Shown: positions 1-9,294 of the stretch, in pieces | Position numbering within the stretch: the stretch's first letter is position 1 | Layout of the letters: each line of letters opens with the position of its first letter | NCBI GenBank assembly: GCA_041740355.1 | Contig: JBGSMD010000020.1 | Coordinates: 17,608-81,607, forward strand | Length of the DNA stretch: 64,000 bases | From: Bdellovibrionota bacterium | GTDB lineage: Bacteria > Bdellovibrionota_C > UBA2361 > CALJRW01 | Direction of reading: 5' to 3' | Notes under the pieces: generated by a model | What the model saw: the letters and a program-made list of their open reading frames with translations, nothing else | Database searches by the model: none | What the model was told of the DNA's origin: nothing | Position numbers and translations under genes: made by a program

Positions 1-345
1 TAAAAGGTCTTGAATAATCCAAGGAGGTGTTAACACAGCATCCCCTTGGAAATTTACAATTACGTCTGGTTGAAAATCTAATTGTTGTAAAGCATCCCAT
101 ACTCGTTCACTCCCATTTCGACAATCAGGGGAAGTCATAATAACTTGAGCAGAAAAGGATTTTGCAGCGTGCTCAATCTCCTGACTATCTGTCGCGATAA
201 AAACCTGTTGCGGACTGAGCGCTAGACATGCCAGTTCCCAAACTCGCTGGATCATCATTTTACCAGAAATCATTTTTAGTGGTTTTCCAGGAAACCTAGT
301 CGAGGCAAATCTGGCCGGAATTACAATGATGGAATTTTTATTCAT
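1..345 (-). CDS. kdsB: 3-deoxy-manno-octulosonate cytidylyltransferase (5' part; runs off window start)
   Basis: Manual translation from ATG at 345: MNKNSIIVIPARFASTRFPGKPL...IATD...VNFQGD, the CMP-KDO synthetase signature. Absent from the ORF track because it is truncated. Confidence 0.92.
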   Translation of the reverse strand, partial: MNKNSIIVIPARFASTRFPGKPLKMISGKMMIQRVWELACLALSPQQVFIATDSQEIEHAAKSFSAQVIMTSPDCRNGSERVWDALQQLDFQPDVIVNFQGDAVLTPPWIIQDLL

Positions 346-481
346 ATCTGATGCAAATTATAAAGTTTTACCATACTTGCAATCTGTAAGCGTTTTGAGT
401 TTAAGCGGAGGTCGAAATAAAAAAATTAGTACTATGGCAGAGGTACTTGGAATCTCTCCAGTACTTTAGTAGTTTTTTTAT

Positions 482-2005
482 CTAGAGATCTGCCAAAGAC
501 TGCGCGTTTACAAGGCAATCTTCCACAACTTCAAATAATAAATCCACCTCCGCCGGAGTTATTTTAAACCAAGGTGTAAAACGTAAGCGATTTCCAGAAC
601 TATGAATCACATTTACTCCTTGCAAACGAATCTGTCGCTCAATACCATTTAGGCCTTCGATCGGAATTTGATCAATTAATTGCAAAGAAAATAATAATCC
701 TGTTCCTAAAATCTCCTTAACTTCCTTGGGGAATTTTTCTTTAAGTGCTTGAAGCTTTTGCAAAGCATAAGCACCTTGATCTTTAATGTTCTGAGTAACC
801 TCCGAAGTGTGATAAGTTAGTATTGTGTTGGCAATATCTAATGCTCTTGGATTGGTCGTCATGGTATTTCCATAAGTACCTTTCTTATATGCTGAAATTG
901 CTCGGGAACTAAGTGCCACTACTGATAAGGGATACTGTCCGGCATTAACCGCTTTAGAATAAGTTTCCAAATCTGGCGCGGCAGAGTCTTGAAAGCCTGG
1001 GTAATCTAAAATACTTAAATATCCATGACAACGAAGTCCGGCCTGGATTGAATCAACCACTAACATTCCACCATGCTGAGAGGTTAAGCGTCTTGCTTCA
1101 TTATAAAATTCAGGCGTAATCGCAAAGCCCGCACGCCCCTCACCCATTACTGGCTCAATTAACATTGCTTCAAAAAAAACTCCGTCCTTTTCTGCTTGTT
1201 CAAAAGCAGCGCGAAGCTCGTCAATATTATTTGGCTCTACCGTTACCAAACAATGATTATCCTTAAATGATGCTAGCACTTGATAGGTCTGCCAAGTTGA
1301 ATCGGAAGCTAGAGCTTCGCGTTGAGTTCTTCCATGAAAACTTCCTGCTAAAGTCAAAAATTTTATTTTTTTACCTTGATGCTTACCCCCGGCCTGAGTC
1401 ATCACTAAAGCATTGGCATCACTAATTCGCGTAGCCACTGCTACTGCTTCAGTACCAGAATTTACAAACATAAATTTGTCGTAGGGACATTTGCCCTGAC
1501 GAATATTCTGCTTTAGTGTCTGACAAGTTCGGCGTTGGCTAAAACAAACAGTTTTCACGTTAGCCATCACTTGCTCTTCGCAAAGACTTTGCTTTAAAAA
1601 AGCTGGGTTATGCCCGTACCCTAACATGCCGTAAGCGCCAACGTCATAGATAACTCCCCCATGAAATGTTACGATCCAAGGACCCATTGCCGTTAGTGGC
1701 ACAAATGGTGGGATCCCATCAGCCGAATAAAAATTAAGAATATCTTGGTGTAGTTCTTGAATTAAATCTGCTGTGGATAAATTAACTGCCTCAGGAAATT
1801 CCTTCGTTATTTCCGAGAAACGCATTCCAGCCTGATAGACTGCCATTTGAAGGTTTTGATCCTCGGCCAAAAACTTTAGTATTTTTTGATCATCTAAAGT
1901 TGATTCCGGTTGAAATTTATTTTGAGAACGAATTTGGTTAAGGATTCTCCAGAAATCTTCTCTCGCCAACTGATTTAAATTAATGGTATTCTGTTTACAC
2001 TTCAT
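482..2005 (-). CDS. Class III PLP-dependent aminotransferase (lysine 6-aminotransferase-like)
   Basis: Motifs SGTEAV, GSFHGRT, EPVMGEG, DSIQAG, and PLP lysine in TYSKA. Confidence 0.85.
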   Translation of the reverse strand: MKCKQNTINLNQLAREDFWRILNQIRSQNKFQPESTLDDQKILKFLAEDQNLQMAVYQAGMRFSEITKEFPEAVNLSTADLIQELHQDILNFYSADGIPPFVPLTAMGPWIVTFHGGVIYDVGAYGMLGYGHNPAFLKQSLCEEQVMANVKTVCFSQRRTCQTLKQNIRQGKCPYDKFMFVNSGTEAVAVATRISDANALVMTQAGGKHQGKKIKFLTLAGSFHGRTQREALASDSTWQTYQVLASFKDNHCLVTVEPNNIDELRAAFEQAEKDGVFFEAMLIEPVMGEGRAGFAITPEFYNEARRLTSQHGGMLVVDSIQAGLRCHGYLSILDYPGFQDSAAPDLETYSKAVNAGQYPLSVVALSSRAISAYKKGTYGNTMTTNPRALDIANTILTYHTSEVTQNIKDQGAYALQKLQALKEKFPKEVKEILGTGLLFSLQLIDQIPIEGLNGIERQIRLQGVNVIHSSGNRLRFTPWFKITPAEVDLLFEVVEDCLVNAQSLADL

Positions 2006-2011
2006 AATGAT

Positions 2012-2211
2012 GTAACCCTTTACATAGTCTGTAAAGTTTTAAAAGATTAAATCCCTTTCAAGGGGTCAATTTACGTAGTAAATTGGGGGTGGAGACATTA
2101 GCCGTTCACACTGTTGGACAAAATCGATCAGATTTTGACCAAGGAACAAATTAGTTTTTGCTCCTTAAAAGCTTTGACAACGTACTTTTGTATTCCCCGT
2201 GAACGGATACA
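2012..2211. repeat. 200-bp repeat, family R2, copy 1
   Basis: Colinear with 4509-4708 (GTAACCCTT...GGGGTCAATTTACG..GTAAATTGGGGGTGGAGACA...CCGTTCACACTG...CCCGTGAACGGATACA); internal inverted repeat CCGTTCAC/GTGAACGG. Confidence 0.9.
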
Positions 2212-2262
2212 TATTTAAAGACTAACAAATTTCCCAATTAATCTCTACACCCATAAGTCATC

Positions 2263-4269
2263 ATGAGTACTTTTTTCGAAAATCAATTAAATGCCAAGCG
2301 TCGCACTAAGCAACTGCTATTTCTTTATGTACTTGCGATTCTAGTAATTGTCCTAGGAATTTATCTGTTGTTTGCCTTCACCTTAGCATCCGGCGTGATA
2401 ACTGGCGGGATGTCTCCACTGCCCTTTGAATCTAAACTTGGCGTTCTTTGGAATTCCGCACTATTTCTAAAAGTCTTCTTAGGAGTTTCAATTATTATTG
2501 CGCTAGCTAGTGTTTTTAAATCCCTACAACTTGGTGGCAGTGGGGCTCGAGTAGCATCGATGCTAAATGGTCGCTTAATTAATCCTAACACAACACTAGC
2601 TACAGAAAAGCAAATTTTAAATATCGTCGAAGAAATTGCCATTGCTTCCGGAATGAAGGTTCCACCAATTTATGTCATGGAAGAGGAAGCAAGTATTAAT
2701 GCTTTTGCTGCCGGTACTAGACTAGACAATGCTGTGATTGGAGTTAGTCGTGGAGCACTTGAAACTCTCTCGCGGGATGAGTTGCAAGGTGTTGTTGCTC
2801 ATGAATTTAGTCATATCCTAAATGGTGACATGCGCTTAAATCTTCGACTGATTGGTATTTTATTTGGCATTTTATTCATCGCCTTAACGGGACGACTAAT
2901 CGTGGAAGGAACGGCGCGATCATCTAACTCTTATCGTCGTAGATCTAATGGTAAATCGGACGGAGGATCCGTCATTATAATTGGAATTGGCCTACTTGTA
3001 ATTGGCTACACTGGTGTTTTTTTTGCTAAATTAATTAAAATGGCTGTATCGCGTCAGCGGGAATATTTAGCCGATGCCTCAGCAGTGCAGTACACTCGTA
3101 ATCCTCTAGGTATTGCTGGAGCTTTAAAAAAAATTGGGGCCTTAGCTGATGGGTCAAAAATCAAGAATGCCCACGCAGAAGAAATTAGTCATATGTTTTT
3201 TGCTAATGGATTAAAAAGTAGTTTCACTAATCTATTCGCGACTCATCCCCCATTAACTGAAAGAATTCAAAGATTAGATCGCAGTTTTGATGGTGATTTT
3301 CAGAGCGTGGATGTTAATACGACAATCCCTCGGCAAGCTCGGGACGAGGCTACCTCTCGACAAGCTCGAGGTCCAGAAGCTAGCGCTTCTGGAGGTCCAC
3401 TTGATCCACTCCTCAAAAACCCAGCGTTAGAGTCTATCTTAAATAACCCCGCAGGAAATATTTTAGGGACAATTGGGACAATGGGATTTGCTAATTTAGA
3501 AGCAGCCAGAAATTTAATTAATAATCTTCCACCGCAAATTCATCAAGCTGTACACGAGCCCTACCTTGCTCCGTTTGTAATCTACACTCTATTACTAGAT
3601 GCCAAGCCAGATATTCGTGGAAAACAATTACAAATTCTGGAACAAAATCTTCCCTCAAGTTCTTTTCAGGAATTTTCTAAATTACTAATTACCTCTAAAG
3701 AAGTGAATCAAAATGACTTTCTCTCGATTCTAGATTTAGCACTTCCAACGCTCAATATGCTCTCCGAAAGTCAGTTTAAGCAAATGCGGGATTTAGTAAC
3801 TCACCTAGCTCACGCCGATGCAAATTTAGATCTACATGAATATACCTTGCAAATTATTCTATTAAAACATTATGATCTAAAATTTAATCCTGAAAAATTT
3901 AAGGGTCAAAAAAACAAACCACTGGGCAATTTAGTACAATTTGCTTCCGACTTATTTCTTTGCTTAGCAGTCTTAGGTAATAAGGATAATTTAGCCGTCG
4001 CGGAAGAGGCCTATCGGGCAGGAATTAAACATTGTGCTATCCCCGCTGAATTTCAACATAACTTTCAGGAATTACCGAAGGTAGGTTTTCATCTCTTGGA
4101 TCAAGCCATTAAAGAACTAAGCAATTCGGAATATAATGTGCGGGAAGTTTTACTAAGAGCTTGTATTTCATGCATCTCAATCGACAAAAAAATTTCGACT
4201 CATGAGTTCACCTTAATTCGAGCAATAGCTGATAGCTTTAATTGTCCGGTGCCATATTTAGGTAGTTAA
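2263..4269 (+). CDS. M48 family (HtpX-like) membrane zinc metallopeptidase with long C-terminal extension
   Basis: N-terminal TM helices, INAFAAG, HEFSH (HExxH), SRQREYLADA, THPP motifs. Confidence 0.9.
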   Translation: MSTFFENQLNAKRRTKQLLFLYVLAILVIVLGIYLLFAFTLASGVITGGMSPLPFESKLGVLWNSALFLKVFLGVSIIIALASVFKSLQLGGSGARVASMLNGRLINPNTTLATEKQILNIVEEIAIASGMKVPPIYVMEEEASINAFAAGTRLDNAVIGVSRGALETLSRDELQGVVAHEFSHILNGDMRLNLRLIGILFGILFIALTGRLIVEGTARSSNSYRRRSNGKSDGGSVIIIGIGLLVIGYTGVFFAKLIKMAVSRQREYLADASAVQYTRNPLGIAGALKKIGALADGSKIKNAHAEEISHMFFANGLKSSFTNLFATHPPLTERIQRLDRSFDGDFQSVDVNTTIPRQARDEATSRQARGPEASASGGPLDPLLKNPALESILNNPAGNILGTIGTMGFANLEAARNLINNLPPQIHQAVHEPYLAPFVIYTLLLDAKPDIRGKQLQILEQNLPSSSFQEFSKLLITSKEVNQNDFLSILDLALPTLNMLSESQFKQMRDLVTHLAHADANLDLHEYTLQIILLKHYDLKFNPEKFKGQKNKPLGNLVQFASDLFLCLAVLGNKDNLAVAEEAYRAGIKHCAIPAEFQHNFQELPKVGFHLLDQAIKELSNSEYNVREVLLRACISCISIDKKISTHEFTLIRAIADSFNCPVPYLGS

Positions 4270-4270
4270 A

Positions 4271-4489
4271 CCCTTCGCAAATGAAATTTGCGAAGGGCGA
4301 GTGTAATCTTGGCGTTAGCCAAGTTACGCCGTAGAAGATAAAACAAATACTCACCGCCTATCTGCGTAGGGTTTAGTTGGCGTTTTCTACGGCAAAACCT
4401 GTCTGTGACAGGATTTTGCTCCCCGGGACTCGTTACACTCGCTCCCCCTTCAGGACAACTTTCTTTTCATTTTTCTCAAAAATGAAAAG
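4271..4489. other. Multi-hairpin structured intergenic element (REP-like mosaic or ncRNA)
   Basis: Stems: CCCTTCGCAAAT/ATTTGCGAAGGG, GCGAGTGTAA/TTACACTCGC, CTTGGC/GCCAAG, GCCGTAGAA/TTCTACGGC, CCTGTC/GACAGG, CTTTTCATTTTT/AAAAATGAAAAG. Confidence 0.6.
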
Positions 4490-4508
4490 CGCTGAGTATA
4501 AATTAATC

Positions 4509-4708
4509 GTAACCCTTCACTTATCTGTCAAAGTTTTAAAGGCACAAATCCCCTTAAAGGGGTCAATTTACGAAGTAAATTGGGGGTGGAGACACTATCC
4601 GTTCACACTGCTGGACAAAATCGTTCAGATTTTGACCAAGAAACAAATTAGTATTTTGCTCTTATACAGCCTTTTTAAAGGACTTTAACTTTCCCGTGAA
4701 CGGATACA
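4509..4708. repeat. 200-bp repeat, family R2, copy 2
   Basis: Direct repeat of 2012-2211; contains TA-TCCGTTCAC...GTGAACGGA-TA (4597-4706). Confidence 0.9.
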
Positions 4709-4709
4709 A

Positions 4710-5126
4710 TTAATCTTTACTAGAAACTTTTTTGCGATTTTGTTTTACGACAGAATGTTTCTGTTTATCAGCTAAAATTTTTTCTTTAGATTTTCGTGTC
4801 CGCCGACTTTTTTGACGACGAATCTTGGCGATCTCACGTTGTTTTTTGGACTCCTCACCTTCGGTTTGCTCTTGGATCTTATCGCAAAGCTCCATTCGTG
4901 CATGAAAACGATTTAAAGATTGTGACCGCGTTCGCTGACATTTAATTTCAATACTCGTAGGCAAATGCTTTAAATATACACAGGAAGAAGTTTTGTTAAT
5001 CTTTTGACCCCCATTGCCTGAACCACGAATAAACTTTTCTTCTAGCTGTTCTTCCTTTATACCTAAACGATCCATTAATGAAATTAGCGCTTGCTCCTTA
5101 GTATCACTGACTGCAAATTTTCCCAT
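4710..5126 (-). CDS. Short GGQ peptidyl-tRNA hydrolase / ribosome rescue factor (ArfB/C12orf65-like)
   Basis: FIRGSGNGGQKINKTSSCV...RSQSLNR, basic C-terminal tail, no codon-recognition domain. Confidence 0.88.
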   Translation of the reverse strand: MGKFAVSDTKEQALISLMDRLGIKEEQLEEKFIRGSGNGGQKINKTSSCVYLKHLPTSIEIKCQRTRSQSLNRFHARMELCDKIQEQTEGEESKKQREIAKIRRQKSRRTRKSKEKILADKQKHSVVKQNRKKVSSKD

Positions 5127-5580
5127 ATTTCTTTCCTTTCAACTAAGCTGCCACTTTAATTTCATTCATATGTTAAATAAATTCAATAGGTTAAAATTAT
5201 TTATAATTTTATAAAATAAATACTTGTGCTATCATTCTTTTTAATGGTATGATTATTTTATCGGTTCTTCTCAAATGCTGATTCAAGCACTTACCCATAT
5301 AACATATTAAATTTATTATCTTTTTTGAAAATCATTTTTTCAATTTTTTGCTAATTTCGCTCTAAAAATTACTTGGTATTTTTTGGGGATTATTAAGTGG
5401 CTAAAAATACTAATATTAATTTAAATTATTAAATGATATTAGTTAGTTATGTCGGGCTTTCAAACCAACATAAACCGATGATTAGTGAATTATCTAAATA
5501 ATTAAATCTAAATTTGTGTCTGAGTGCCTAGCAAGTAGAGCTTTCATAGCTAGGAATAAGCTATAAATTTCCAGTATTAA

Positions 5581-5910
5581 TTAAGGACAGTCATTAGGAC
5601 AGTTTTCCTTTGTTTCCGTGCATGGACAACCCTGTCCTTGGCACACTAGCTCCGCGCAAAGTCCATCGCCACAGAGATTATTACAAAGAGGCTCAGTGGC
5701 ATTCAAATCTCTGGTGAAGGTTTGGCCATTTTTAGTTCGGCACTTTGCTGGATAAGTCTTGAGCATTATCCCCCCTAATTTCACGCATTGCTGATAGTTC
5801 TGAATAGTAATATTTTCACTGTCTGGAGCCTTGCTACTTTCAACTTGTTGCGAACAAGCAGAAATTGCGAAGAGTTGAACTAGAATCAAAATTTTACAAA
5901 AAGATTTCAT
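5581..5910 (-). CDS. Small Cys-rich lipoprotein
   Basis: Signal MKSFCKILILVQLFAISA|C (start taken at 5910); C-terminal Cys-rich module CNNLCGDGLCAELVCQGQGCPC...CPNDC. Confidence 0.7.
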   Translation of the reverse strand: MKSFCKILILVQLFAISACSQQVESSKAPDSENITIQNYQQCVKLGGIMLKTYPAKCRTKNGQTFTRDLNATEPLCNNLCGDGLCAELVCQGQGCPCTETKENCPNDCP

Positions 5911-6723
5911 ATGCGTCACCTTTATATTCTAACTATTTTTTTAACGTTAACCTGTTTATCAGCCTGCACAAACAGTGATAGTGACGATGATAACAATAAT
6001 AGCTCCGCTCAACCAGATAATAATTCCTGTGATGTTTTAGGCTTGAGCAATAAAATTGTAGGTGGTACCAGCTGTGCTAACCCAGAACGTTCCGCTATTG
6101 TTAGAATAGTAATTGAGACTAATAGTAATAACATTGGCTACTGCACAGGCACAATGATTACGAGCAATAAAGTAATTACAGCCGCACATTGTTTCGACGA
6201 TGTAACTAGTGCTTCAATTCAAATTGGTGATAACTCAAACAGCCTAAGAACCATTTATGCCTCGACAGTCTATATTCACCCTGACTACTCTAACGGAAAC
6301 GACTCCGGTGATCTGACAGACATTGCGATTATGGAATTAGACAGTAACGCCGGACTGCCAGTACTGCCAATTTTACTAGGCAAAGATTTAGAGGACGGTG
6401 ATATTGTATCCGTGTTTGGTTACGGTCAAGACGATAGTGGTGATATTTCGTCAACTTTAAAATCAGGTGAAATGAAACTTTCCGATGTTAGTAGCAATTC
6501 GGTACAAGCACTTTATGAAGGACCAGGCAGTAATGTCTGTTTCGGAGATTCTGGGGGCCCAATGCTGGCAACACATAATGGACAAATCGCTTTATACGCA
6601 ACAACTTCTTTTGGAACTAGAAATGATTGCAAACCGGGCGACCTAACAACTTTTGTTAAACTACAATCCGAAGATGCTTTGGAGTTTATTAATAGAAATG
6701 CGGCGGGAGCACTATTTCAATAA
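5911..6723 (+). CDS. Trypsin-like (S1) serine protease lipoprotein
   Basis: Lipobox LSA|C, IVGG activation site, TAAHC, DIAI, GDSGGP. Confidence 0.93.
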   Translation: MRHLYILTIFLTLTCLSACTNSDSDDDNNNSSAQPDNNSCDVLGLSNKIVGGTSCANPERSAIVRIVIETNSNNIGYCTGTMITSNKVITAAHCFDDVTSASIQIGDNSNSLRTIYASTVYIHPDYSNGNDSGDLTDIAIMELDSNAGLPVLPILLGKDLEDGDIVSVFGYGQDDSGDISSTLKSGEMKLSDVSSNSVQALYEGPGSNVCFGDSGGPMLATHNGQIALYATTSFGTRNDCKPGDLTTFVKLQSEDALEFINRNAAGALFQ

Positions 6724-6731
6724 TATCATTC

Positions 6732-6764
6732 AATTCCTGTGTTATATCCTTTAGCACAGGAATT
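6732..6764 (+). terminator. Hairpin after protease gene, probable terminator
   Basis: AATTCCTGTG...CACAGGAATT stem; weak U-tract. Confidence 0.5.
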
Positions 6765-6838
6765 CAAACGCCAAGGAAAGATAAACTAGGGAACTGAAGA
6801 TAACTTCTAATACTTATCTAGTTTTTCTTCAGAGGGAT

Positions 6839-6892
6839 ATAGAAAGTCCAAAAAGTAGTTTCCTTACGTAAATTAATTTTTGGACTCTCAAT
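6839..6892. repeat. Family R1 palindrome, module A alone
   Basis: ATAGAAAGTCCAAAAAGTAGTTT...AAATTAATTTTTGGACTCTCAAT; matches 8669, 52692, 63861. Confidence 0.85.
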
Positions 6893-6958
6893 AATATAAA
6901 TTTTTTTGGCAAAAGTAGTTCATCCTGATATAAATCTGAGTTTATAAAAATAAAAAAT

Positions 6959-8092
6959 TTGATGAAAATTAATCAGCTAAAAATTGGAGTTTTAGGAGGC
7001 GGTCAGTTAGGGCGCATGCTGATTAATTCCGCCAATGATTGGGGTTTAGAGCTACAATTTATCGATCCAGACCCTCAAGCACCTTGCCAAGCAATTTCTC
7101 ATAATTTTACAGTTGGAGACATTGAAAATCCTGATCAAGTTTTCGAATTTGGAAAAAACTTGGATGTAATTACTATTGAGATCGAGAAAGTTTCCGTGGA
7201 AGGCCTAGATCGTCTAAAAAATCATGGAGTAAAAGTAATTCCGGATCCTAAAATCATTTCCATAATTCAAGACAAGGCTAAACAAAAAGAATTCTTAGTA
7301 AAAAACAATTTCCCAACGTCCGCTTTTGAATTAATTACCAAGGAAACTTCTAAAGTTGAACTAATAAAACACCTGCCGTTCGTTCAAAAAATTAGAGTTG
7401 GAGGGTACGATGGACAAGGTGTTAAAATAATCAAACACGCTGAAGATTTGGAAAAAGCCTTTACTAAGGACTCCATTCGCGAAGAGTTAGTAGATATTGA
7501 TCGTGAGTTGGCAATCATTGTAGTTCGTAATCAAAAAGGGGAAGTTAAAACTTTCGATCCAATTGAAATGAAAATGGATCCAGAATTGCATTTAGTGGAC
7601 TACTTATTCTGTCCTGCTTCTTGCAGTAAAGAACAAGATCAACTTATTCGTAAGCTAGCTGAAAATATTGCTTCAAAACTAGATTTAGTAGGAATCTTAG
7701 CCATCGAAATATTTCTTACAAAATCTGGAGAAATCCTAATTAATGAGATGTCGCCCCGTCCCCATAACAGTGGTCACCACACGATTGAAGCTTGTGGTAG
7801 CTCTCAATATCAACAATTATTGCGTTGCTTACTAGGTCTTGGGCTTGGTTCAACAGCACTTCATTCCCCAGCTGTGATGATTAATCTTTTAGGGGCAGAA
7901 GGCTACACTGGATTACCTGACTATCAAGGATTAGAGAAAATTCAAGAGCCTGGAGTTTACCTTCATCTTTACGGAAAAAAACAAACTCGACCCGGTCGGA
8001 AAATGGGACACCTAACAATCCTGGCAGAGGACTTGACTTCAGCTATTAAGCAAGCCAAGATTCTGCAGACTTCATTAAAGGTACAAGCATGA
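6959..8092 (+). CDS. purK: N5-carboxyaminoimidazole ribonucleotide synthase
   Basis: [42 protein letters not shown]; overlaps purE. Confidence 0.96.
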   Translation: MMKINQLKIGVLGGGQLGRMLINSANDWGLELQFIDPDPQAPCQAISHNFTVGDIENPDQVFEFGKNLDVITIEIEKVSVEGLDRLKNHGVKVIPDPKIISIIQDKAKQKEFLVKNNFPTSAFELITKETSKVELIKHLPFVQKIRVGGYDGQGVKIIKHAEDLEKAFTKDSIREELVDIDRELAIIVVRNQKGEVKTFDPIEMKMDPELHLVDYLFCPASCSKEQDQLIRKLAENIASKLDLVGILAIEIFLTKSGEILINEMSPRPHNSGHHTIEACGSSQYQQLLRCLLGLGLGSTALHSPAVMINLLGAEGYTGLPDYQGLEKIQEPGVYLHLYGKKQTRPGRKMGHLTILAEDLTSAIKQAKILQTSLKVQA

Positions 8093-8565
8093 AAAAAGTT
8101 CAAGTTGGAATAATTATGGGTAGCAAATCAGATCTGCCGATTATGAAAGAAGCCGCTGAAATTTTAAAAAAATTCAAGATTTCTTATGAAATGGAAGTTG
8201 TTTCAGCCCATCGCACTCCAGAGAGAATGTTTGACTATGCTAAATCGGCAGAAAGCCGTGGCCTGAAAATAATTATAGCTGGTGCTGGAGGCGCCGCACA
8301 CCTTCCTGGGATGGTCGCCTCATTAACGATTCTTCCGGTGATTGGCGTGCCAATTAAATCAAGTAATTCTCTTGATGGTTGGGATTCAATTCTATCCATC
8401 CTACAAATGCCAAATGGCGTTCCTGTTGCAACAGTTGCTTTAAATGGAGCTAAGAATGCTGGAATCTTAGCTGCAAAAATTCTAGCAACTAGCAATTTAG
8501 ATTTATCCAAACAACTAACTAAATACCGAAGTGAACTTGCCACTCAGGCTTTGTTAAAAAAGTAG
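8089..8565 (+). CDS. purE: N5-CAIR mutase
   Basis: [38 protein letters not shown]. Confidence 0.97.
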   Translation: MKKVQVGIIMGSKSDLPIMKEAAEILKKFKISYEMEVVSAHRTPERMFDYAKSAESRGLKIIIAGAGGAAHLPGMVASLTILPVIGVPIKSSNSLDGWDSILSILQMPNGVPVATVALNGAKNAGILAAKILATSNLDLSKQLTKYRSELATQALLKK

Positions 8566-8668
8566 TGCTAATCTGAAAAAAGGCATTAAGTGAGTATCAC
8601 GGATCAATAATTTAATTAGAGTTTTCAGTACTAAGCAAAGTCCTCTCCTGACTAATTCCGCTGCTGCT

Positions 8669-8817
8669 TATAGAAAGTCCAAAAAGTAATTTACGTAAGA
8701 AAATTACTTTTGGGGGCTTTCTATCCCCCGCAAGCGTTATAAAATCATACGGTTATGACAAAAAAGCAAATTAATCTATATACTTTTTACGTAATTTATT
8801 TTTTTGTCATCACTATA
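8669..8817 (+). repeat. Family R1 composite repeat (hairpin A + linker + hairpin B)
   Basis: TATAGAAAGTCCAAAAAGTAATTT..AAATTACTTTTGGGGGCTTTCTATC - linker CCCCGCAAGCGTTATAAAATCA - GTTATGACAAAAAA...TTTTTTGTCATCACTATA. Confidence 0.9.
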
Positions 8818-8829
8818 TAATAACCTAAG

Positions 8830-9294
8830 TTACTTTGCAGTTTTGACAAACATTAAGATTACCACGCCAACACAAATGTAACTGTCGGCAAAGTTAAATG
8901 CTGGCCAATGATTGCCGCTGATATAAAAATCCAAAAAATCGACAACCTTTCCTATCCGGATTCGGTCGATAATATTTCCAAACGCCCCCGCAACTATTAA
9001 GCTAAGACAAAGGGAACCTACCTGCGAATTACGGTATTCTTTCAGATACATCCAAACGATCATGATGCTAGCCAGCAAGCCGATTCCAATCAGCAACATT
9101 TGTCTGGTACTATCATCCCAGTTAGCCATCATTCCAAAGGCTACACCCTTATTATAAACAAGAACTAAATTAAAAAATCCAGGGATAATGCTCAGGTCTT
9201 CCCCAAGCTGAAAGTAATTTTCGATTGATAACTTACTAGCCTGATCTAAAATAATTAAAACAATAATAATTAGTGCTAAGAGATTTTTTTTCAT
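8830..9294 (-). CDS. lspA: Lipoprotein signal peptidase II
   Basis: LDQASK, NKGVAFG, GAFGNIIDR, VVDF, WPAFNFADS. Confidence 0.96.
   Translation of the reverse strand: MKKNLLALIIIVLIILDQASKLSIENYFQLGEDLSIIPGFFNLVLVYNKGVAFGMMANWDDSTRQMLLIGIGLLASIMIVWMYLKEYRNSQVGSLCLSLIVAGAFGNIIDRIRIGKVVDFLDFYISGNHWPAFNFADSYICVGVVILMFVKTAK

Noticed and set aside
4377-4688. 103-aa plus-strand ORF
   Set aside because: Runs entirely through the structured element and R2 repeat; no protein features
5127-5580. Very AT-rich 450-bp gap as a replication origin
   Set aside because: No cluster of TTATCCACA DnaA boxes seen and no dnaA/parAB context
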